Below, in pieces: positions 18,879 through 28,483 of a DNA stretch of 64,000 nucleotides (the stretch's first letter is position 1; the number at the start of each line of letters is the position of its first letter). The notes beneath the pieces are model-generated. The model saw only the letters and a list, made by a program, of their open reading frames with translations, searched no databases and was not told the origin of the DNA. This DNA comes from Dehalococcoidia bacterium (lineage in GTDB: Bacteria; Chloroflexota; Dehalococcoidia; Bin125), in NCBI GenBank assembly GCA_963662615.2, contig CAXXSR010000001.1, positions 768,001 through 832,000 on the forward strand, written 5' to 3'. A program made the position numbers and the translations under genes.

Positions 18879-19371
18879 TCAGGCGTGCCAGTTGAGAACA
18901 TCCAGCATCGCCCAAGTATCGATTGGGTCTGACAGCCCCAACGCTCGACATACGTTCGGCACCTTCACGATCTTGGCCCCTGGTCCAACCAATGCCTCGA
19001 ACGTCACGACTGTCCCGCCTTCGGCCTTCGCATGAGCGATTAGCCAAGGATCGGCCCCGGCAAGGAATAGCTGTGCCTGTTCCGGCTCATAGGTGGCGTT
19101 GACGTAGTCTGCTACTTCACTCATGTGATGCTGAACGTCGTCGCTGGGATCCCGAAAGATGAGGCGGCCCCGATCGAGCTTCAGCCCACACACGCAACGG
19201 ATCGTTTTCGTACGCGTCGCATATTTCCTTGTACACGAATACTGAACTCGCGATGATGTCCGCTTCGGCTTGTTCCTCGATGAACGCCCAGAATGAGGGG
19301 ACCCGGTCAATCTTGAGTGGGCCATCTTTAGGCCGCATGAGGGAGTCAGCGTCCATCCAGTAATCCACCAC
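18879..19371 (-). pseudogene. DUF4411 (PIN-like) protein, frameshifted near 19165-19175
   Basis: N-half MVDYWMDADSLM...FWAFIEE...VYKEI (19371 frame); C-half FLAGADPWLIAHAKAEGGTVVTFE...KVPNVC (other frame). Confidence 0.7.
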
Positions 19372-20552
19372 TAGGTGTTTCCCGCTCCAAACAGCTCTCT
19401 TCGCGCTCGCTCGATCGTGTCTACGCGAATGTTGAGAAGGCGAGCGGAATTGAGTCGAGAAACTTGGCCTTCGGCTGTGGCGGTTAGAAGCGCGGAAGTG
19501 AACGCCGTACTGTTCCGTGCAAAGAAAAGATTGTAGAAGTCGCCGCCTTCACCAGACGGTGGATGAGAGTCGCCAGTGTACTCATCGTAGAGATCGAAGA
19601 ACTCAGCCTCAGTAATCACGTCGGCCTCGTATGCCCGCCTAAGGGCAACAAAGCGGCTTACTCGGTAGTGACGGGCTAGGGTCTGAACGTTCTGTGCCGT
19701 CGTCGCAAGGCGAGCCCATCGCCCGAGGAAATCTTCCCTTGGGACAAGAACTTGAGCGGCCACTCGATCGCAGAGGCGGTCAATCTGGTTCACTTGCCGT
19801 TCGGGACCAACGGCGTAGTCAAGATTGGAAATGCCACTCTTGTCTATCCACAGATGGGCAAGTTCATGGGCTAGGGTGAACGTCTGAGCGACCTTGTAAT
19901 CCTTTGTGTTGACGAAGATCGCAGGCGCAAGGCCATCACTAAGCGCGAAGCCTCGAAACTCGTCAACCGATAGCGGTCGGTGCGTATTACCCACCACGAC
20001 GCCGCTGCGGAATACTAGGATTCCTGCCGCCTCAGCCTTGCGTACAAAGGACGTGAGAAATGCTTCCCAGCTCGATGCTTGCGAGCGCATCTCGTCATCT
20101 ATACCAATGACTTCGCAGATGTCGCGCGCGATTGCGTCTGGCTCATCACTAAGGCCGAACCGTCCGATGAACGGTAGCGGGGCGGCGCCTTGATCTACCT
20201 GGAACTCCTGGAACCAAGCCTGCTTTCGGCGTACGTCGTAGAGTTGATCGAGAAGTTCTGGACTAGGATTCTGGATAGATTCTCCAGAAACTGTGCGAAG
20301 GTCCGGTAGTTCTGTAGTGAGTGAAGGTGGGTCGGACAGGAACAGATAGCCTAGCGGAATGTTGAGAATCCCAGCAATGCTCTGCGCCTGTCGCAGTGTT
20401 GGACGCTCGGTGCTATCGTCCGTTTCCCAAGCACGCACTTTTTCTGACGACGTGCGGAGCCGCCTGGCAACAGTATCCTCGGAGATGTTGCGCCTCTCAC
20501 GCGCCCACCTGAGAACGCTACGAGTGATGAGAGCGTGAGTGCGAGGAGGCAT
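19371..20552 (-). CDS. XRE-HTH + ImmA/IrrE family metallo-endopeptidase
   Basis: LRWARERR HTH; LPDLRT; EFRGFAL; QTFTLAHELAHLW (HExxH); lower GC than flanks. Confidence 0.9.
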   Translation of the reverse strand: MPPRTHALITRSVLRWARERRNISEDTVARRLRTSSEKVRAWETDDSTERPTLRQAQSIAGILNIPLGYLFLSDPPSLTTELPDLRTVSGESIQNPSPELLDQLYDVRRKQAWFQEFQVDQGAAPLPFIGRFGLSDEPDAIARDICEVIGIDDEMRSQASSWEAFLTSFVRKAEAAGILVFRSGVVVGNTHRPLSVDEFRGFALSDGLAPAIFVNTKDYKVAQTFTLAHELAHLWIDKSGISNLDYAVGPERQVNQIDRLCDRVAAQVLVPREDFLGRWARLATTAQNVQTLARHYRVSRFVALRRAYEADVITEAEFFDLYDEYTGDSHPPSGEGGDFYNLFFARNSTAFTSALLTATAEGQVSRLNSARLLNIRVDTIERARRELFGAGNT

Positions 20553-20616
20553 GTTGATCTACTCCAGGGTCTGCTACCCTAAACGGAGCAAGGCCCCATC
20601 GCAATCGCATGTCGCT

Positions 20617-20664
20617 GCATATTAGAGCCGCTCGCATATTAGAGCCGCTCGCAGGCGGCTCTAA
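20617..20664. repeat. 17-bp tandem duplication overlapping a 10-bp inverted repeat
   Basis: GCATATTAGAGCCGCTC x2; TTAGAGCCGC...GCGGCTCTAA. Confidence 0.85.
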
Positions 20665-20895
20665 CTCATTCTCCCAAAGGTGCGTAGGTCCCGTATCGGC
20701 CCCGCCGCGTATTCTGGACGCGGCTAGCCATCGCCTCGGAGCTTGACGCCGTCAAAGACGAGCTGGCGAAGGAGCTGGGCCGCGGGCCGGAGACGGCTGC
20801 GGCCTGAACGCCGGATCCCGCGACTCCGCATCGCCCCACGGCGTTGCTATACTCCCGCCCCGTACGCGGCAGCGTAGGATGGCGGACGTGCAGGA

Positions 20896-21888
20896 GTGGA
20901 GGCACCCGTGCCCGTTCTGATCGTGACATCCGCCCAACCCGGCGACGGCAAGACCGCCGTCGCCGTCGGGCTCGCCGCCGCCCTGCGGCAGGGCGGCTCC
21001 ACCGTCCGCCTCGTCCGTGCCCCCGCCGGCGACAGCGCCCCCACCGGCAACAGCGCCCCCGCCGGCGCCCCCGCCGGCAACAGCGCCGCAGCCGACGCTC
21101 GCGCCTTCGCGCACCTCCCCGGCGTGCGTAGCGCTGGCAGCGTCGCCGCCATCGACGGGGCCGCGCTCGACACGGATGTCACCTTTGTGGAAGCGGCCAC
21201 GCCTGAGGACGTCCCGGCCCTGCGCCAGGCGGCCGGGGATGGCGCGGGCGTGATCCTCGTCACCCGCGCCGCCGATCCCCACAGCGCCGTCCTCGGCCGC
21301 GCCCTGGCGACCGCTGCGCCCACCGCACTGCTCCTCACCGCCCTCTGGCCCCGCCCCAACGGCGACCCCACCGGCGACCACACCGCCGCGTTCGCCCCGC
21401 TCGGCCTGCCCTTGCTGGCGACCCTGCCGCAGGACCGCCTCCTCGCCGCACCCAGCATTGCGGCCATGGCCGCCGCCGTCGACGGCGACCTCAGCGGCCC
21501 CGACCATCTCTACGAGGAGGCCGTGGAGTGGCTGCAGATCGGTCCCATCAGCGCCCACGAGGGCATGGACCACTTCAGCCGCTACCCCGACAAGGCCGTG
21601 ATCACCCGCCACGACAAAATTGACGTCGCCCTCGCCGCCCTCGACTCCGAGCCGGCCTGCCTCATCCTCACCGGGGGGGCGCCCAGCCTTCCCTATGTGG
21701 CCCAGCGCACCGAGTCGGAAGAGTTCGCCTTGATCGTGACGGACCTCGACACGCCGCGCGCCGTGGAGCGCATCGGGGCCCTGTACGGCCGCGGCTCGCT
21801 CACGGGGGCACGCAAGGTGCGCCGCGCCGCTGAACTCATGAGCGAGCGTCTGGACATGCCCGCGCTTCGCCAGGCTGCCGCGATCTAG
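20896..21888 (+). CDS. BioD-like / DRTGG-domain protein (phosphotransacetylase N-terminal-like)
   Basis: VTSAQPGDGKTAVAVGL P-loop; KAVITRHDKIDVALAAL...CLILTGG. Start may be the GTG at 20908. Confidence 0.75.
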   Translation: MEAPVPVLIVTSAQPGDGKTAVAVGLAAALRQGGSTVRLVRAPAGDSAPTGNSAPAGAPAGNSAAADARAFAHLPGVRSAGSVAAIDGAALDTDVTFVEAATPEDVPALRQAAGDGAGVILVTRAADPHSAVLGRALATAAPTALLLTALWPRPNGDPTGDHTAAFAPLGLPLLATLPQDRLLAAPSIAAMAAAVDGDLSGPDHLYEEAVEWLQIGPISAHEGMDHFSRYPDKAVITRHDKIDVALAALDSEPACLILTGGAPSLPYVAQRTESEEFALIVTDLDTPRAVERIGALYGRGSLTGARKVRRAAELMSERLDMPALRQAAAI

Positions 21889-22033
21889 CGACTCGCGATC
21901 GCGCGCGCGTCACGGCACACGAGCGCGCCGGCGCCCACCCACCGAACGCACCACGAGGACGTCCAGCTCGAGCGCGATAGGTGCCGTCTAGGTGCGGTAC
22001 GCACCGCGAGAGCGCGCGAGAGCGCGCGGAAAA

Positions 22034-22726
22034 CTACTCGCCGGCGCTGGCTACGGCCGGCGGAGAGTTGGTTCTGGCCGGCGGTGAGGGCGCTTGCTCG
22101 CCACCGTGCGGGCGGCGGAAGGGTGTCTGCTCCGCGGCCACCTCAACCGCGTCCGCCGGGGCGCGTCGCTCCGCCGCTGCGATCGCGCGCGGGCGCCGGC
22201 TGGGCACCGCTTGCGCTGCCGCTACCGACGGCGTCACTTCGGGCGCCGTCAGCGGCGCTGCCCGCGACCGCTGCCGGCCGCACCAGGGGCAGGCCGACCA
22301 CGACAGGGCCAGCGCCCGCTGACATTGGCCACAGGGCTCCTTCAGGCGACAGGCGCAGTGTGGACAGACGACATAATCTTCTTGGACTTGAGCACTGCAT
22401 TCCGGGCAGGCCATCTGCTGGTTCAGGTCTTGGAGGAGCGCTTCCTCCTCCAGCTCCCGCTCGAACAGATCCGCCAACGTCAACGGCGGGCGCAGCACCC
22501 GGTAGAGCACCCACCCCGGCAGGTTGAGCATCAAGACCATCAGCACCGCCACCGAGCGGGTGATGGAGTCATGCGATCGGTCCCGAATGTCGCGGGCGGT
22601 CCAGATCACGGCGGCCAGCCAGATCGCGCCCAGGTAGGCGCCGGCGATGACCCCCACAATGATGCCGCTGTTCTCGAGGCTGCCGCCCGGCCAACCGATG
22701 CCTGGGACAAGCATCCGCACCCTCAC
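22034..22726 (-). CDS. Membrane protein with double zinc ribbon
   Basis: Two TM segments; YRVLRPPLTL; CPEC..CPHC..CGQC..CPWC. Confidence 0.8.
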   Translation of the reverse strand: MRVRMLVPGIGWPGGSLENSGIIVGVIAGAYLGAIWLAAVIWTARDIRDRSHDSITRSVAVLMVLMLNLPGWVLYRVLRPPLTLADLFERELEEEALLQDLNQQMACPECSAQVQEDYVVCPHCACRLKEPCGQCQRALALSWSACPWCGRQRSRAAPLTAPEVTPSVAAAQAVPSRRPRAIAAAERRAPADAVEVAAEQTPFRRPHGGEQAPSPPARTNSPPAVASAGE

Positions 22727-22914
22727 CCTTCCTTGGAAGGGTCCACCCCCCGCATCCCTCCCAGCGGCGACAACCGCCGAAAAGGACGTCCCGCCTCGCT
22801 CCGCACTATACCATCGAGACGGGCCTAGTTTTCGCCGTCACGGGCCCAACCAAGTAACGTCCTCGCCGGCCCCTTTGTTCCGGGTGCGTCGAACGTGCGT
22901 GCGAGTCTGCCCCC

Positions 22915-25176
22915 ATGGTATCGTCGCCCCCGCCCTTCCTCCGCGACCTCAACGACGCCCAGTACCGTGCCGCCACCCATCCCGGCGGACCCCTCCTCAT
23001 CCTCGCCGGGCCCGGCAGCGGCAAGACCCGCGTCATCGCCCACCGCATCGCCTACCTCATCCGCGAAGGGGATGTCCCTCCGTCGCGCCTCCTCGCCGTC
23101 ACCTTCACCAACAAGGCCGCCCGCGAGATGCGCGACCGCGTCACCGCCCTCCTCGGCGAGGTCGCCGCGGCGATCACGCTGGGCACGTTTCACGCCCTCT
23201 GCGCCCGCATCCTCCGCCGCGACGGCCCCGCCGTCGCCGTCCCGCGCGACTTCGCCATCTACGACGACGCCGATCAGCAAAGCCTGGTCCGGGGCGCGCT
23301 GGCGGACTTGAGTGTGGACACGAAGCAGTACGCTCCTCGCGCCGTCCTCAGCGCCATCTCCAGCGCCAAGAATGACGGCCTCAGCCCCGAAGCCGTCAAG
23401 GACGCCGTGAGCAGCTACTTCCAGGAGGTGATTGCCCGCGTCTACGAGCGCTACCAGGCGGCGCTGCGCAGCAACGGCGCCGTCGACTTCGACGATCTCC
23501 TCACCAAGACGCTGGAGCTGTTCGAGACCCAACCCGCCGTCGCCGCCAACTACCAACGGCGCTACCTCCACGTCCTCGTCGACGAGTTCCAAGACACCAA
23601 CACGGTCCAGTACCGCCTCGCCCGCGCCTGGGCCGCCGCTCCCCCCGGCGAGCGCGCACCCGCGAACGGCGCCAACCTGACTGTGGTCGGCGACCCCGAC
23701 CAGTCGATCTACTCCTGGCGCGCCGCCGACATCCGCAACATCCTCTTCTTCGCCCGCGACTACCCGGATGCCACCACTGTCCGCCTGGAGCAGAATTACC
23801 GCTCCACCAAGGCCGTCCTTCGCGTCGCCGACGCCGTCATCGCCCCCGCCGCCGAGCGCATCCACAAGGCGCTCTGGACCGAGAACGATGAAGGCCCCCG
23901 CCCCGTCCTCTTCGAGGCCTATACCGAGACGGAGGAGGCCGAGTTCGTCGCCACGGAGATCCGCGAGCAGGTCGAGAAGGGCGGCTGGCAGCTCGGCGAC
24001 GTCGCCGTCATGTACCGCACCAACGCGCAGTCACGCGTGGTGGAAGAGGTCCTCTTGCAGCGGGGCCTGGCCTACCGGCTGGTGGGCGGCACCCGCTTCT
24101 ACGAGCGACGCGAGGTCAAGGACGTTCTCGCCTACCTCCGACTCGTCCACAACCACGCCGCCGACGTCGCCTTCGACCGCGTCATCAACGTCCCTGCCCG
24201 CGGCATTGGCGCCAAGAGCAAGGCCCTCCTCCGCGACTGGGCCGACAGCCACTCCGTCTCCCTCTTCGCCGCCGCCGCCACTGCTGCCGGCGCTGACGAC
24301 GGGCCCGCGCTGCCCAAACGCGCCGCCGCGTCCCTCCGCGCCTTTCACGATCTGATCAGCGGCGCCCGTGAGCTGGCCGGGCGCGACACCGTCACGGCGC
24401 TGCTGGACCACCTGCTCCAGCACAGCGGCTACCAGGACTACCTCTTTCGCGATTTCGAAGATGCCGAGGAGCGCTGGGCCAATGTCCTGGAGCTGCGCAC
24501 GGTGGCCGCCAAGTACGACGAGATCGACCTCCCGCCCGACACGGGTGGAACCGCCCTCGCCGCCTTGCTGGAGGACGTCGCACTCGTCTCCGACGTCGAC
24601 ACCATGGACGACGGCGCGCCATCCGCGGTCACCCTGATCACGCTGCACGCCGCCAAGGGGCTGGAGTTCCCCGCCGTCTTCCTCATCGGCATGGAGGAGG
24701 GCGTCCTCCCCCACCAGCGCTCCTTTGACGACCCCGCCGCCATGGAGGAGGAGCGACGGCTCTGCTACGTCGGCATCACCCGCGCCCAACGCGCCCTCTA
24801 CCTCGTCTACGCCTTCCGCCGCGCCCTCGCCGGCAGCGCCGGCCACAACCCGCCCTCCCGCTACCTGAGCGACATCGCCGACGACGCCGTCGACCGCCGC
24901 GGCCGCGCCCTCGCCACCGGCGCCAATGACGTCCGCCCCGCCCGCAACCGCTGGCTCACCTGGGACCAGTTCGACGGCATCGACGCCGACGCGGTCGACG
25001 CCTCACCGCTCGCACTGAGCCTGTCGCAGGGCGACACTGTCCGCCACGACGGCTTCGGCATCGGCACCGTCATCGCCTGCAAGCCCGCCGGCGCCGACCA
25101 CGAAGTCACCGTCAACTTCGAAGACGCCGGCGTCAAAAAACTCCTCCTCTCCCTCGCCCCCCTGGAGAAGGTCTGA
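22915..25176 (+). CDS. pcrA: ATP-dependent DNA helicase PcrA/UvrD
   Basis: AGPGSGKT, TFTNKAA, DEFQDTN, LEQNYRST, HAAKGLEF, EERRLCYVGITRA, C-terminal Tudor-like domain. Confidence 0.95.
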   Translation: MVSSPPPFLRDLNDAQYRAATHPGGPLLILAGPGSGKTRVIAHRIAYLIREGDVPPSRLLAVTFTNKAAREMRDRVTALLGEVAAAITLGTFHALCARILRRDGPAVAVPRDFAIYDDADQQSLVRGALADLSVDTKQYAPRAVLSAISSAKNDGLSPEAVKDAVSSYFQEVIARVYERYQAALRSNGAVDFDDLLTKTLELFETQPAVAANYQRRYLHVLVDEFQDTNTVQYRLARAWAAAPPGERAPANGANLTVVGDPDQSIYSWRAADIRNILFFARDYPDATTVRLEQNYRSTKAVLRVADAVIAPAAERIHKALWTENDEGPRPVLFEAYTETEEAEFVATEIREQVEKGGWQLGDVAVMYRTNAQSRVVEEVLLQRGLAYRLVGGTRFYERREVKDVLAYLRLVHNHAADVAFDRVINVPARGIGAKSKALLRDWADSHSVSLFAAAATAAGADDGPALPKRAAASLRAFHDLISGARELAGRDTVTALLDHLLQHSGYQDYLFRDFEDAEERWANVLELRTVAAKYDEIDLPPDTGGTALAALLEDVALVSDVDTMDDGAPSAVTLITLHAAKGLEFPAVFLIGMEEGVLPHQRSFDDPAAMEEERRLCYVGITRAQRALYLVYAFRRALAGSAGHNPPSRYLSDIADDAVDRRGRALATGANDVRPARNRWLTWDQFDGIDADAVDASPLALSLSQGDTVRHDGFGIGTVIACKPAGADHEVTVNFEDAGVKKLLLSLAPLEKV

Positions 25177-25194
25177 GCCATTGAGGAGGGAGGA

Positions 25195-25422
25195 GTGGTG
25201 GACTTCCGCCTCACCGAGCATGCCCGTGAACAGATGACTGAGCGTGGCATCGGCCGCGACGAGATCGCGGAGGTCCTTGAGCGCCCCGCCCGCACCGATG
25301 CCGACGAGTGGGTCGAGAAGTTCTACGCCACCGTGTCAGGCCGCGAACTGTGCGTCGTCGTCTCACATCGCCTTCGCACGGTGCTGCTGATCATCACCGC
25401 CTATCCGGCCGGGGAAGCGTAG
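25195..25422 (+). CDS. DUF4258 family protein (putative RelE-like toxin)
   Basis: LTEHAREQMTERGI...LIITAY; RBS GGAGG. Confidence 0.75.
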   Translation: MVDFRLTEHAREQMTERGIGRDEIAEVLERPARTDADEWVEKFYATVSGRELCVVVSHRLRTVLLIITAYPAGEA

Positions 25423-25435
25423 ACTGGAGGGCGAG

Positions 25436-25678
25436 ATGCACGTCACCTACGACTCCGAAGCCGATGCGATCTACGTTCGCCTCCGCGACGGCGGCCGGGG
25501 CGCCGCAAAGCGCACCGTCGACCTCGGCGGCCACCGATACGTCAACTACGATGCCGCGGGCAACGTCCTCGGCGTCGAGTTCCTCGTCGTCAGCCGCGGC
25601 ATCGATCTCACCGACGTCCCGGAGGCCGGCCGCGTCGCGAAGGCCCTCCGCGCCATCCCACACCCCGCGCCGGCATAA
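25436..25678 (+). CDS. DUF2283 family protein (putative antitoxin partner)
   Basis: VTYDSEADAIYVRL...VNYDAAGNVLGVEFL. Confidence 0.85.
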   Translation: MHVTYDSEADAIYVRLRDGGRGAAKRTVDLGGHRYVNYDAAGNVLGVEFLVVSRGIDLTDVPEAGRVAKALRAIPHPAPA

Positions 25679-25813
25679 GCGACCGCCCTTGAGACGGTCT
25701 GACTGCTGCGCAGCCCGACCGCTACTCTCCTAACCATGGGACGCAACCGCCATGGTTTGGACGCTTTCCTGCGTGCTCAGCGGTTTAGTCAGGTCTGCTA
25801 ACCTCCCTCGGCC

Positions 25814-26503
25814 ATGCCGGAGACTCCTTGGCCCCCACCACCGGCGGCTTACCGAGAGCATGAGCCTCCGGTAGGGCTTGGCTGTCCCCACTGCGGGGTG
25901 ATTCTCGATCCGCCGCCGACGCGGCCCCGCAAGTGTCCTCACTGTCGCGGCCGAGTCGTGCCGCGAACTCGCCGCCGCGATGGCGCGAAATTCATTCTGA
26001 CGCAAATTGAAGCTCAGCAGTTCGATGCCGACCGAGATGCCGAGCGCGCGCGATCGACGGCGCTCCGCGCTGCGCAGGGAATAGGAGCTTCCGAAGGACA
26101 ATTCGCCCGGGCCGCCTCTCTTCTCGCGGACGAGTGGAACCGGGAACCTCTCTCGCGCGATGTCTTCTGGCGGGTCGCTAATGATGCTGTCACCACTGCT
26201 GGCCGGGTCAAAGACTGGTCGCGTTTAGCTGGCATCTATTGGCAGATGGCCCGATGGGCACGCGGAGAAGGTCGCGATGTGCGCCATCTTCTCCGCTCGT
26301 CGTCAGAGGCGAAGCTTCGATCGATGCCGTATACAAGAAGAGTGGAAATCGCGACCTGCAATGATCTAGATGTCTGCGCCGCCTGTCGCAGCAACGCAGG
26401 CCGCCAGATGACTCGCGCAACCGCCCTTCGGCGACTGCCCATCCCGAACGACTGCGAGGCGGATTTCTGCCGTTGCAGCTGGGCACCCGTAGAAACGGGG
26501 TAG
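25814..26503 (+). CDS. Hypothetical protein with N-terminal Zn ribbon and C-terminal Cys cluster
   Basis: CPHC..CPHC; C-terminal CNDLDVCAAC...LPIPNDCEADFCRC. Confidence 0.65.
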   Translation: MPETPWPPPPAAYREHEPPVGLGCPHCGVILDPPPTRPRKCPHCRGRVVPRTRRRDGAKFILTQIEAQQFDADRDAERARSTALRAAQGIGASEGQFARAASLLADEWNREPLSRDVFWRVANDAVTTAGRVKDWSRLAGIYWQMARWARGEGRDVRHLLRSSSEAKLRSMPYTRRVEIATCNDLDVCAACRSNAGRQMTRATALRRLPIPNDCEADFCRCSWAPVETG

Positions 26504-26570
26504 AGCCCCACACCCCTCCTTCGGGTCAAAGCCGCTATGTGATCTGGCAACCTTCGCGAAGGTGTTCATT

Positions 26571-26596
26571 CCGCTCGCCCTGAGCTTGTCGAAGGG
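26571..26596. repeat. REP-like palindromic element (GCCCTGAGCTTGTCGAAGGG type)
   Basis: CCGCTCGCCCTGAGCTTGTCGAAGGG; related expanded copy at 28251-28337. Confidence 0.65.
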
Positions 26597-26647
26597 TGAG
26601 GCTACTCCGCTCCCTCGGTGGAATAGGTGAAGCTAAGAGCAGTTGGT

Positions 26648-27292
26648 TCAGCTAGCGCCCGTAACTCCAGCGGGTCGCTCCTCGTAGAACGCTTCCAGAC
26701 CCGCAAGGATTTCATCAGCCGTCGCGGCGGAATTTTGGTAAGTGGCAGTGACTACGTCCACCAGCTTCGTGCAGTCCCGTGCCGTCGATCGCGAGCGGCG
26801 TAAGATCTGATCGATGCTGTCAACGGTGTCGTCAATCGGCGTGCGGTGAACCCGAACGAATACCCCGATCGGTCGAATCATGTACTCAATTTCGCTGAAG
26901 CTTCTTCCTCTTTGACAGAGGCGCCTAAACATCCGCGCTGAATCATGTGGTCCGAGGACTCCCAGAGCATTTCCACGGTGCTTCCAAATCGCCTTGAATT
27001 GACGCTCCGTCTGATGCTTCTCGGCGTTCGCTGCGATTGCCGCATCAACCAGAATTGATTCCTGCACGGCGTATACGTAGACAGACCAACCGAGAATGCC
27101 TATCAGTACCGATCCGCCAGCTAATGCCAGGCCCGTGACCAACCCGAGCTGCGCGATTCCTATTCCGAGCACCGCAAGCTCCAGGATTCCGAGCGTTGCC
27201 TTGAAAGCGTTGTTTAGCTCGAGGCGCTTGAATCCCGCGAGCAATCCCGTCACACCCAGCAAAACAGCGAGGACTGCTAATGCGTCATTCAT
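26648..27292 (-). CDS. Hypothetical membrane protein (about 3 N-terminal TM helices)
   Basis: RBS AGGAG; hydrophobic N-terminal third; lower GC. Confidence 0.65.
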   Translation of the reverse strand: MNDALAVLAVLLGVTGLLAGFKRLELNNAFKATLGILELAVLGIGIAQLGLVTGLALAGGSVLIGILGWSVYVYAVQESILVDAAIAANAEKHQTERQFKAIWKHRGNALGVLGPHDSARMFRRLCQRGRSFSEIEYMIRPIGVFVRVHRTPIDDTVDSIDQILRRSRSTARDCTKLVDVVTATYQNSAATADEILAGLEAFYEERPAGVTGAS

Positions 27293-27361
27293 TGCAAGTC
27301 TCCTGGTCCTGCTCCGTCACGGCAGCTTCCTCGCAGGGATGCAGCGTTCGTCTACGTACGC

Positions 27362-27381
27362 TATACTGGAACATATGTTCC
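27362..27381 (+). promoter_or_regulatory. -10 box (TATACT) abutting a perfect LexA/SOS box
   Basis: TATACT followed by GGAACATATGTTCC (GAAC-N4-GTTC, 14-bp perfect palindrome). Confidence 0.7.
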
Positions 27382-27706
27382 GTCACGACTCTCAACTTGC
27401 GCCCATCAATTCGCGATGAAAAGACGGTTACACCCACAGGAGGCTCAGAAGGACCCTGTCGGGTCTCCGGAGACGACCACCCCCTGCAAAATCCTGCAAG
27501 AACCTGCCGCAACCGTGACGGATTCCGACCCCCGCTGAGCATTCCCGCCCCGCCCCCATCTGGACGACCTCCCGCCCAACAATTTTTTCGTCGCCTTGCA
27601 CGCTCTGACGCCGTCTGAACACCCGCGCCCAACCCTCCGCACAATCCGCCCTGCGCGGCGAATTGTTCTCGCAATGTGAACGTGCCCCGTTCGCGGAGAG
27701 CAAAAA

Positions 27707-28237
27707 ATGCCCCGTCCCCGCCCCAACTCCTGGCGCCGAAACCCCCACATCCGCCTCCGCATGCACCGCGTCCACGGCCTCCACCTCCGCGGCCTCGCCA
27801 ACCGCCCCATCGCCACCCGCCTCGGCGTCTCCGAGAGCACCGTCTCCCGTGACCTCGACCGCCTCCACACCCTCTGGCTGCAGGCGCGCAAGGACTTCGC
27901 CGACCGCGAGCGCCTCCGCTCCCTCGGCACCATCCGCGAACTCGATCGCCTCCTCTGGTCCAAACTCGAGCGTCACAAAACGGACGACGATCCCACCGCC
28001 ATCACCCGCCTGCTCCGCGTCTTCATCGCCGGCCAGCGCGAGATCCGGCAGCTCCTCAACTCCGCCCCCGATGAGGCAGCAGAGGAGAACCTGGTCCCCC
28101 GCACCATCGGTGAAGTCGTCGCCTATTTCAGCACTGAAGAGATCGAGAACAACGCAGACGATCCCACCATCACCGAGGAGGATCGCCGCGAGAAGATAAG
28201 AAAACTCCGCGCCTACCAAAAGCGTCAGCGGCGTTAG
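27707..28237 (+). CDS. HTH DNA-binding protein (phage small-terminase-like architecture)
   Basis: LRGLANRPIATRLGVSESTVSRDL HTH followed by helical region; RBS GGAG. Confidence 0.7.
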   Translation: MPRPRPNSWRRNPHIRLRMHRVHGLHLRGLANRPIATRLGVSESTVSRDLDRLHTLWLQARKDFADRERLRSLGTIRELDRLLWSKLERHKTDDDPTAITRLLRVFIAGQREIRQLLNSAPDEAAEENLVPRTIGEVVAYFSTEEIENNADDPTITEEDRREKIRKLRAYQKRQRR

Positions 28238-28250
28238 GAGACACCCTCCC

Positions 28251-28427
28251 TTCGCCCTGACCAGTCCTTCCGTCTGAGGAAGTAGCCTGCCGCAGGTCCT
28301 TCGGCGACCGCAGGGAGCGGAAGGATCGAAGGGCGAACCCCACCTCACTTCCACCTGCCTCCCCCTCTCCATCGGTTCGCGATGGAGACCTGTCCTTCTA
28401 CCGGAAGGAGGGGGTCGGGGGGTGAGG
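28251..28427. repeat. Cluster of nested REP-like palindromes
   Basis: TTCGCCCTGA...TCGAAGGGCGAA enclosing TCCTTCCG...CGGAAGGA; then CCCCCTCTCCATC...GATGGAGA[insert]GGGGGTCGGGGGGTGAGG. Confidence 0.6.
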
Positions 28428-28483
28428 TTGCAAGACACCGGCGTGAAGCAGCAGCTGCTCTTGCTCGCGCCGCTGGAGACGGT

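Noticed and set aside
28265-28337. Hammerhead ribozyme (CTGAGGA core)
   Set aside because: No correctly placed GAAA or stem III; better explained as nested palindromic repeats.
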